From an uncultured Rhodopirellula sp. (GTDB lineage: Bacteria; Planctomycetota; Planctomycetia; Pirellulales; Pirellulaceae), in NCBI GenBank assembly GCA_964007735.1, contig CAXGAI010000045.1, forward strand, positions 1 to 35,854: a stretch of 35,854 nucleotides of DNA, in the 5' to 3' direction. Under the pieces are notes generated by a model that ran no database searches, was not told the origin of the DNA, and was given only the letters and a program-made list of their open reading frames with translations. The translations under genes and the position numbers were made by a program. This document shows, one piece after another, positions 19,908 to 27,168 of this stretch (the stretch's first letter is position 1; the number at the start of each line of letters is the position of its first letter).

Positions 19908-20846
19908 TTAGCTTTCCAGGTCAGTATGAATTAGTGCGAGACAGCCAATACCGTAAAACGTATATTCGACGTCACAGACTTTATCCCATTCGGCACCATG
20001 AAAACCACCGTTGGTTTGCTGGAGTCTATTAGCATACCTCAATAATTGCGTTCTATCGATTTTCTTCCCTCCGCCGAGATCAATCAACGTAAGAAAACCG
20101 GTGAAGGAACTTAGAAGATCGGCGATGGGAATCCGGGTATTTGCGCGAAGTCCACCGTGATCGGTTTGCATTTCTCCGAGAAAATGAATTGTGTCCTGAC
20201 GCAATTCATCATCGAGTGCATTGAGTATTTTGAGGATTCCGATCGCTGCGGCTGTAGGATTGGTACCCGCTCGTTTTTGCTGTCGGACTTCTCGAAAGCC
20301 ACCTCCGGTGTCATTCTCCTGATCAAATACAAATTGAATCAGAGGATTTGGGTTTGTTAAAGGACGTTCTATTAATTCCCGACAAAGAAGAACAAGGAAT
20401 GAATTATAGGTGCTGCCAACATTGCTTGTTGGACTCTTGGCGTAGCCTCCATCTTCTCGCCGTAATGTTTCAAAGAAATCAGAAACCGTATCTTTCCATT
20501 GAGGCCCAGCTTTGCCGAAGACATCGGTACCCGCGGCATTCTCCAACAGTGAAGCTCCATATATGAGTGCTGCCAAATCGACAACGGTTTCCTGTTGATT
20601 TAATCGAGAGCGTAAGAAGTTAGCAGCTTCCTCCGCACGATCCCCGTATAGCTGGCCAGTAATAGCGAGTGTTCTCAGGGCGAAGGATGTATAGTATGGA
20701 TCACTAATCCCTTCGCGCCCTGCCCAGCCTCCATCTCCATTTTGTTTCGTCCAAACCCAGTCGGCGTGTCGTTGGCGTATTTCTTCCGGTAAGTTACCCA
20801 TGGCACTTGCCAGTCGAATCGTGAGCTCCTGAAGATACGCGGACAT
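19908..20846 (-). CDS. Single-domain prenyltransferase/squalene-oxidase-repeat (alpha/alpha barrel) protein, GGTase-beta-like
   Basis: Repeated QW-like motifs QNGDGGW, RREDGGY, ENDTGGGF, QTDHGGL, QQTNGGF. Also D..YTSFA and DVEYTFYG. Confidence 0.87.
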   Translation of the reverse strand: MSAYLQELTIRLASAMGNLPEEIRQRHADWVWTKQNGDGGWAGREGISDPYYTSFALRTLAITGQLYGDRAEEAANFLRSRLNQQETVVDLAALIYGASLLENAAGTDVFGKAGPQWKDTVSDFFETLRREDGGYAKSPTSNVGSTYNSFLVLLCRELIERPLTNPNPLIQFVFDQENDTGGGFREVRQQKRAGTNPTAAAIGILKILNALDDELRQDTIHFLGEMQTDHGGLRANTRIPIADLLSSFTGFLTLIDLGGGKKIDRTQLLRYANRLQQTNGGFHGAEWDKVCDVEYTFYGIGCLALIHTDLES

Positions 20847-20878
20847 CGGTGGTGGAATCTATGAAGTATTGAGACAGA

Positions 20879-21319
20879 TTAGGAGTTGTCGCTTAACGTG
20901 GGATCTACGAATGCCTCAAGTCGCTCGCGAACATCTGCCGGAATTTCTCTTGAGGTTGGCTTCTGGCCGTGTTCGATGCGGCAGCATACCGTCGTGATTT
21001 CCCCAGTGGCAATCGTCTGTTCACTAACAATGAAGGTGTGGTGGTAAGTAACGCTCCGCGAACCAAGACGTTTGACTCGTACTTGGATCGTCATTTCATC
21101 TTCAAATGTTACAGGACCGCGGTAATCGGCATTGGCCGCCACCCGCGGCCAACTGATCGTGTCTTGTCCGGCGTTTAGAACCACGCTGGTTCCGATGCTT
21201 CTCAGCAATTCATGTTCCGCTTCTTCCATATACGTGAAGTAAGCAGAGAAGTGCATGATCCCAGCCGCATCAGTATCGCGGAATTCAACACGTTTGGTAG
21301 TAGTAAAAACTTGAGACAT
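20879..21319 (-). CDS. Hot-dog acyl-CoA thioesterase (YbgC/4-hydroxybenzoyl-CoA thioesterase family)
   Basis: RVEFRDTDAAGIMHFSAYF motif. Confidence 0.92.
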   Translation of the reverse strand: MSQVFTTTKRVEFRDTDAAGIMHFSAYFTYMEEAEHELLRSIGTSVVLNAGQDTISWPRVAANADYRGPVTFEDEMTIQVRVKRLGSRSVTYHHTFIVSEQTIATGEITTVCCRIEHGQKPTSREIPADVRERLEAFVDPTLSDNS

Positions 21320-21376
21320 GGGTCTATTATAGGTTCCGAGTTGATGAGCAAAGGGCTTGTTCTCTCAAAAGCGAAT

Positions 21377-21414
21377 AATAAAAAAACACACGCTCTGAAC
21401 AAGAACGTGTGTTT
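21377..21414 (-). terminator. Intrinsic terminator downstream of rpsR
   Basis: Minus strand reads AAACACACGTTCT-TGTTC-AGAGCGTGTGTTT (13-bp stem, one G-U pair) followed by TTTTATT, 35 nt after the rpsR stop. Confidence 0.8.
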
Positions 21415-21449
21415 CATTGTTTTTCATTGTTGTGAACAGCCCTTAAAGA

Positions 21450-21719
21450 CTATTCACCACCGTATGACAACAAGGCCATAAAGCGGGCTCGTTTGATAGC
21501 CTGGGTGACAGCATGCTGGCTGGCTGCTGAGCAACCTGTCTTACGACGACCGACGATGCGTCCGTGGCGATTGACAAGTTTCTTAAGCATATCGATATCT
21601 TTGTAGTCCACAAACATTGGGCGTGGACGTTTGCCATCCACCATGAGTGGATCGCGTTTGCGTGAACGAGAACGAGCTTTTGTACGTTTTCGTGCTTTTG
21701 ATGAAGAACGAGGTGGCAT
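21450..21719 (-). CDS. rpsR: 30S ribosomal protein S18
   Basis: VDYKD..L...GRI..RRKTG....Q.....[10 protein letters not shown] signature. Basic N-terminal extension. AGGAG RBS. Confidence 0.95.
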   Translation of the reverse strand: MPPRSSSKARKRTKARSRSRKRDPLMVDGKRPRPMFVDYKDIDMLKKLVNRHGRIVGRRKTGCSAASQHAVTQAIKRARFMALLSYGGE

Positions 21720-21914
21720 TGATCTTTTACTCCTGAACGCGCCCTTGCAGGCAATGGTAATTTCAACCGTTCGTCACCTCCCCAAGACTCGGTTCCAGTC
21801 TTTTGGACTCACCCACACTAATGGGCAATGGAGGAGGGAAAGATTCTATTCTAGGTCACTTAAAACCCCCTACAAGGTCAAATAAGTTTGACCCAAGGGT
21901 ATTTTTTTCAATGT

Positions 21915-23924
21915 TTAACTATCTTCAACCTCGGCTTTTGGCTGAGGAAAGAACTTGTTGAGTGTTGCTTCTGATGGTCCCTTCGTTACAAGCGAAACGA
22001 CGATCATAGATGCAGTGGAAATCAGGATCATGAAGGTTACAGGCATGACACCCAACACGTCATAGTGAGGATTTGAGGCGAAACCGGAATCCTGAAACAT
22101 ATAGAGCCAACTTAAGCCAGCCCCAATCACAGCAGCGTACGCTCCCGCTTTCGTCAGTCGCCGCCAGTAGAGACTAGCGAGAACTAATGGGAAGAGACTG
22201 GAAAATCCACTGAAACACCAAACACCTAGTGTAAACACTCGTCGAGGCTCAAACAGACTGAAGATGTATGTCAGTGCGACGATCCCTACGATAAAAGCGC
22301 GAGCAATCATAATCAACTGTTGATCGGTAAAGCGTTCCTTTTTGCTGTAATGCGTAACAATATCAGTTGTGAACATTGTCCCAACGCAAAGGAACTGACT
22401 ATCAAGGGAAGACATGATCGCCGCTAAAATACCAGCCGATAACAGGCCAGCCATGAACGGCCCAGTCAGTGCTTTCACCGCAGCAGGTAAGACTGCATTG
22501 GGAGGGAAGTGAGGTGGAATCAATGCAGCACCGGTGTCGGGGTGTACAGCACTTGTCATCCAAACACCAAGTAGGACACAAGGAACCCAAACCAACATAA
22601 TAAAAATTGGATGAGCCACGACAGCTAATTTGAAGCTATCTGCGCTCTTCGCTGTTAACCAATGTTGGAACAGGTGCGGGAACATACCAACCGAAAGTGG
22701 CACGAAGAAGTAAGTAAGGAATTTCCAGGGTGACATTCCTCGCGGAGCATCCGGAGCCCATTTCGAAGCTCGGTATACCCCTTTTGCTTTTTTGCGAGTC
22801 CACTTAGTCGGATCACTTGGATTTCCAATTTTATCCTTAAACATTGTCAGGCCAGTTATATCCGCACCGGATTTGCGCTTGTAATGCGCTAAATCTTCAT
22901 GAGACATAAGCTCAGAGTCAAAGTTACTTTCATGATCGTCACTGGGCATACGGTCATCTTGCTCAAGCATAGCCAGATTGCGATCGCGGATTGACAAACC
23001 GTCAAGCAAGCCATTCTTTTTGGCAAATGCAGCAGGGGCACGGTCTTTCTTAAGGAAGGGGGGAAGCGGTGCTTTAAACTCATCCATTGCCTGTTTCTTC
23101 TGTTCAGCACTGAGCGTTAACTGATCATGATTCACGGCGTAGTTGTAGTAAGCTACGGTTTGCCATTTGCCATAGTCTAATTTGTACTTTTCAAGGTCTT
23201 GTTCATCGATCGAACGCTTCATCTTTGTGGGATTCTTTTCCAGAACGTTGTTCGTCGCCTGTTCCAAACCACCAAGTTTGTTAGAGATGATGAAGAAGGT
23301 GATCAGTCCAAGAATCATGAAAACAATCGTTTGAGCGGTGTTTGCCATGGCAGTACCACGCATACCACCAAAAAATACGTAGATCAGAACGACGATACAG
23401 ATAACCAGAGAAGCAAGCCATGGTGGAATTCCGTAATCGTATTCTGCAAACGTCGATTCAAAAGCACCTTCGGTGATGCTGTTGATTACCGTTCCGGAAG
23501 CCATTACGCCGATCAACAGGTAGGGAATCACTAAACCCACGAGAATCGGGAAAAGGATAATACCGATTCTGTCACTTTCGAGGCGATCCCGGAAAAACTG
23601 AATTTGAGTTGTATAGCCATACTTGCGTCCCAGACTCCAAAGTTTTACACCCAGCACAAAGAAGCAAAGCGAGTGAATAATACCGCTGGAAGAAGCCAGA
23701 AGGCCATAAACCCCCGCACCTTCCTTAAAGGACTCACCTGTTGAACCGACTAATGCAAAAGCGGTCATGGTTGTACCAAACAACGACATCAATAGCATGA
23801 ACGGGCCGATCGAGTGACTAGCAAGCATGTAGTCCTTGCTCGTTCCACGGAATAGTTTGCTAGAGAAGAGGCCTAAACCGAGTAGTAAGCAAAGATAGAT
23901 CGTAATGATGATTAACTGTGTCAT
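21915..23924 (-). CDS. Sodium:solute symporter family protein with a large inserted loop
   Basis: DYMLAS..IG, YVFFGGMRG, PHLFQ, AAIMSSLDS and LYWRR match the SSS fold. 669 aa. Confidence 0.92.
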   Translation of the reverse strand: MTQLIIITIYLCLLLGLGLFSSKLFRGTSKDYMLASHSIGPFMLLMSLFGTTMTAFALVGSTGESFKEGAGVYGLLASSSGIIHSLCFFVLGVKLWSLGRKYGYTTQIQFFRDRLESDRIGIILFPILVGLVIPYLLIGVMASGTVINSITEGAFESTFAEYDYGIPPWLASLVICIVVLIYVFFGGMRGTAMANTAQTIVFMILGLITFFIISNKLGGLEQATNNVLEKNPTKMKRSIDEQDLEKYKLDYGKWQTVAYYNYAVNHDQLTLSAEQKKQAMDEFKAPLPPFLKKDRAPAAFAKKNGLLDGLSIRDRNLAMLEQDDRMPSDDHESNFDSELMSHEDLAHYKRKSGADITGLTMFKDKIGNPSDPTKWTRKKAKGVYRASKWAPDAPRGMSPWKFLTYFFVPLSVGMFPHLFQHWLTAKSADSFKLAVVAHPIFIMLVWVPCVLLGVWMTSAVHPDTGAALIPPHFPPNAVLPAAVKALTGPFMAGLLSAGILAAIMSSLDSQFLCVGTMFTTDIVTHYSKKERFTDQQLIMIARAFIVGIVALTYIFSLFEPRRVFTLGVWCFSGFSSLFPLVLASLYWRRLTKAGAYAAVIGAGLSWLYMFQDSGFASNPHYDVLGVMPVTFMILISTASMIVVSLVTKGPSEATLNKFFPQPKAEVEDS

Positions 23925-24184
23925 TATTCAGCGACCTCATATACAGGTGTAGACTCTGTAACTACCGTTTCCTCTTCGTCTTCACTGAAATCTGGCCAGG
24001 CAATTTTTGTGGCCAGAAACCACGTTACGCCGGCTCCAATAGAAATGCCAGCCTGCCAAAGCAGTGCCATTGGCATAAAACCAAATACAGGTTCTTTGTT
24101 GTCCCAGTTCCAGACATCATGGTGCAAAATGATCAGCAGGATCACCAAGCAAATGATGACAAGCTTCCCGTTAGATTTATTCAT
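23924..24184 (-). CDS. Small membrane protein accompanying the SSS transporter (DUF3311-like)
   Basis: LHHDVWNW...FGFMP, two TM segments. Stop overlaps the symporter start (TAATG). Confidence 0.82.
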   Translation of the reverse strand: MNKSNGKLVIICLVILLIILHHDVWNWDNKEPVFGFMPMALLWQAGISIGAGVTWFLATKIAWPDFSEDEEETVVTESTPVYEVAE

Positions 24185-24410
24185 AATCTGTTATTAAGTC
24201 CGAAGGTATTGAGTGAAGCGCGAAACAGCGATGCCTGCGCTCTTTGTAGTAAACTACTAGTGTAGTATTTCAAAGCTATGTCCGCCACAATTTTCAAAAC
24301 GGGAAATGGTGACTTTGCGGGTAAGGTGTCTTACAGTTCCTTTCATCCTAAAAGTTTCCCATATCGCTGGCGAAAGAAAGGCTTCGGCGCATCCACATCC
24401 TCGGCCTGGA

Positions 24411-24658
24411 TTATTTAGGAATCGCCATCTTCACTGCTTTGGCCATAGCTGGTTCCATTTCGTCAAAGATATCCCCCGCGGAATCATGAAAGATTCGGGC
24501 ATGAGCGATTCACCAACATGAAATCGCGGTACTGCTTCACGTTCCACTAACAGCACACGATAACCGGCTTCAGCTACAAGCGCGGAGGTTGCACTACCAC
24601 CAGGACCTCCTCCCATGACAACAACATCGTAGCTGTCATCGATTGGCACGTCATACAT
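24411..24658 (-). pseudogene. Internally deleted FAD-dependent oxidoreductase/halogenase-like gene
   Basis: The N-terminal 56 codons carry DVVVMGGGPGG and PRFHVGESLMP, typical of roughly 400-aa flavin halogenase/reductase proteins. That frame ends at 75 aa, while a second frame reads RIFHDSAGDIFDEMEP...K* (24497-24411). Intact GGAG/GGGA upstream. Confidence 0.82.
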
Positions 24659-24682
24659 GAGTTCCCGGTCTCCTCTTTGGAG

Positions 24683-25228
24683 TTAGATAGCTGGTGCTAC
24701 AACCTCGAGTAATTCAATGGCTGGTTCCCCATTGCAGTGAATCCATCCGGTACGTCCCCAGACTTTTGTTCGCAATTCAAATCCGAATAGATCGGCCAGA
24801 TCCTGGCCGGCAGCTATTTGCCAAAGCTCGGAAAGCTCCACTCGGCGAAGCACGTCACGTTCGATGAGGATTCTTCCCAGCGGCGTGCCTTCTCCAATGA
24901 TTTCCTGTTGAACGTCTGCTCCCAGATAGTCAAAGTTAAGTCGGACAATGCCGAATTGAACTACGGTTTTGTCAGACTGCTTTGTTAGCAGGATCTTACG
25001 GCTGTAATAGTTAGCGACATGCATTGACTCGAGGACTTGTACGTCGACTAACTCATCGTAGTGTGACTCGACCGTGACGGTCATGTGATGTTCATGAGCA
25101 AGTAGCTTTTGGTAAACCTCGGGCATGATATCAGCCGCAACTTTCGCTGGTTCGCCAAACTCCGCCGAATCCGGGTAGAACAGCTCGATCAATGTGCTGA
25201 TGTCGGGAGCGGGGGTATATGAACTCAC
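24683..25228 (-). CDS. Chorismate-lyase-like (UbiC/DUF98/UTRA fold) protein
   Basis: LLAH..HMTVTVE, YSRKILL, TPLGRIL, WGRT and LLEV follow the chorismate-lyase pattern (S/MT..L, R.I.L, PLG..L, R, E). GTG start. Confidence 0.7.
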   Translation of the reverse strand: MSSYTPAPDISTLIELFYPDSAEFGEPAKVAADIMPEVYQKLLAHEHHMTVTVESHYDELVDVQVLESMHVANYYSRKILLTKQSDKTVVQFGIVRLNFDYLGADVQQEIIGEGTPLGRILIERDVLRRVELSELWQIAAGQDLADLFGFELRTKVWGRTGWIHCNGEPAIELLEVVAPAI

Positions 25229-25315
25229 GTGAACAAAATCCTAAAGTTGCAGGGGATGCTGATGACGGGCCTGTTCTGAATTTTCAGGAAATAAATATTA
25301 AGAGCTAGCGGAATC

Positions 25316-27154
25316 CTAAACCTCAATAGGAGTTGCGACCAATTGTTGGATCTGTTCTTCCGGTCGCTCCAGAATAGAGTCGATCAGAAAGTACATTAGT
25401 CGTCGGAGGTCTTCCGGTTCGATTTCATCAGCGATGGATTCTGCCCGAGCTTGATGCTTATCGACTAACTGTAATGCCATTTCAAAGACACCAACACTTT
25501 CGTAGAGATGCTTGACGCGTTCAATACGCACCACAGACGCTATGCTATCTTCTCGGCAGAGGTCAAGCAGTTCATCCCGTTTGTCGGCAGGCAGTGTTTC
25601 CAGAGCTAAAGCATGTAGCACCGTTGGGCGTCCACCAAGCACGTCGCCACCGGCAGCCATTTTATTAAAGTCGTCACCCTGCCAGTCCAATAGGTCGTTG
25701 AGAATTTGGAAGGCAACACCAAGATTACGAGCAAACTGCTTCACGGGTTCACGGTACTCACCGATAGGCTGAGCAAGGCGGATACCGGAAAGCATAGCGG
25801 CTTCAAATGCTGGCGATGTTTTCAGAGCGTAAACTTTAAGAGCATCGAGTGGTTTAAGTTGTTTATCCAGTGAGTCACGCCACAACAATTCAGCTCCCTG
25901 ACCTTCCGAAAGCTTTGTATGCGCTTCCGCCAGGATATCCAGAATATCGGTTGTTACCTCCGCACCCAGCGTGGCTCCCTCAGTGCTGACAAATCGGTAA
26001 CCCATGCCAATCATGTAGTCGCCGATATTAATCGCTGTTGGGATGCCGTAGCGATTATGGACGGTTTCTTCACCATAACGGAACGGATCATTATCTTCGA
26101 TGTCGTCATGAACAAGTGAAGCCTTGTGAAAGGTTTCAATGGACATGGCACATCGTTTGATCGAATCAGCCCAGTATTCAATTGTCTTCGCACCATCACG
26201 TAGCGTGGCGTGGCCGCCGGTTAAGGCATCATAGGCTGCCAGTGTGATGAAGGGGCGAGAATGCTTTCCACCTTTGCTGAGAAAGTCGTAAGCGACGGCT
26301 TCGGTGAGGGCAATCGGGTCGATCTTTTCCAGTCCGTTACCATCGACTTCACTGAGTCGTGGGCCGCCTCGTAAACGAGGAATAATGCGTTCAAGTTCAT
26401 CGGCTTCGAATAACTCTGTTGATGCACGCATCAGGTGAAGATAGGTTCGGGTCTGAGGAGCGGAATCGTCGTATTCGATCTGGATCATTTCATCGACCCA
26501 GTCTTCATCCACGGCGGTGTTTCGACAGTCATCGGACAACAGAGGCACTGCCATACAGGGGATGCCTGCCAACAGAATTTTATCGATTGCTTTCTCAAGC
26601 ACGTTGAGACATGCGACACCAACGATCGCGTCGACATAACCTGAGACGATAATTTTGTGAACGATAGGCGAACCTTCGGCCACCAGAACACGATAGCCCA
26701 TATCTTCCGCCATACCGCGGAAATCAGCAATGCTGCAAGCACCGCAGGTTTTACAGTCCAAACCAAACTGGTCGTAGTCAGCCGGACAGCCTTCTGCATG
26801 TTTCAGGCAATGGGGTAACAGAAAGAGGCGGCGATTTGGCGGGACAGCCGCAACCTGTTCTCGCCAGAACTCGGAAGCAAACATGACCATGGTCCAGCCA
26901 AGATAACCTTCCGGAAGTGCCATTTCTTCGAGGATCTTTCGAACCTCAACTTCCATCTCATCCTTGGTCATGGGGCGAGATTTATCGACACCGTCGCAAA
27001 TAGCCCGACACTTTGATCGAACCGTTTCTCGCATCTCTTTCGAGTTGGGAACTAACTTCAGGTGTGAAGTTTTCCGTCGCTTTGACTTGCGTTTCGGTTG
27101 ATCGCTGTCGGCTGAGGCATTAACGGGTCCATCAGCAGATGATGCAGTTGCCAA
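25316..27154 (-). CDS. Cys-rich DUF116-like domain fused to a trans-polyprenyl diphosphate synthase
   Basis: N-half has LLPHCL...CKTCGAC, GVAC and DCRNT. C-half has GGKHSRP, LVHDDIED...R, GQ, LKT and FQILNDLLD. TTG start after AAGGA. Confidence 0.9.
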   Translation of the reverse strand: MATASSADGPVNASADSDQPKRKSKRRKTSHLKLVPNSKEMRETVRSKCRAICDGVDKSRPMTKDEMEVEVRKILEEMALPEGYLGWTMVMFASEFWREQVAAVPPNRRLFLLPHCLKHAEGCPADYDQFGLDCKTCGACSIADFRGMAEDMGYRVLVAEGSPIVHKIIVSGYVDAIVGVACLNVLEKAIDKILLAGIPCMAVPLLSDDCRNTAVDEDWVDEMIQIEYDDSAPQTRTYLHLMRASTELFEADELERIIPRLRGGPRLSEVDGNGLEKIDPIALTEAVAYDFLSKGGKHSRPFITLAAYDALTGGHATLRDGAKTIEYWADSIKRCAMSIETFHKASLVHDDIEDNDPFRYGEETVHNRYGIPTAINIGDYMIGMGYRFVSTEGATLGAEVTTDILDILAEAHTKLSEGQGAELLWRDSLDKQLKPLDALKVYALKTSPAFEAAMLSGIRLAQPIGEYREPVKQFARNLGVAFQILNDLLDWQGDDFNKMAAGGDVLGGRPTVLHALALETLPADKRDELLDLCREDSIASVVRIERVKHLYESVGVFEMALQLVDKHQARAESIADEIEPEDLRRLMYFLIDSILERPEEQIQQLVATPIEV

Positions 27155-27168
27155 GTTAATGCTTTCCT

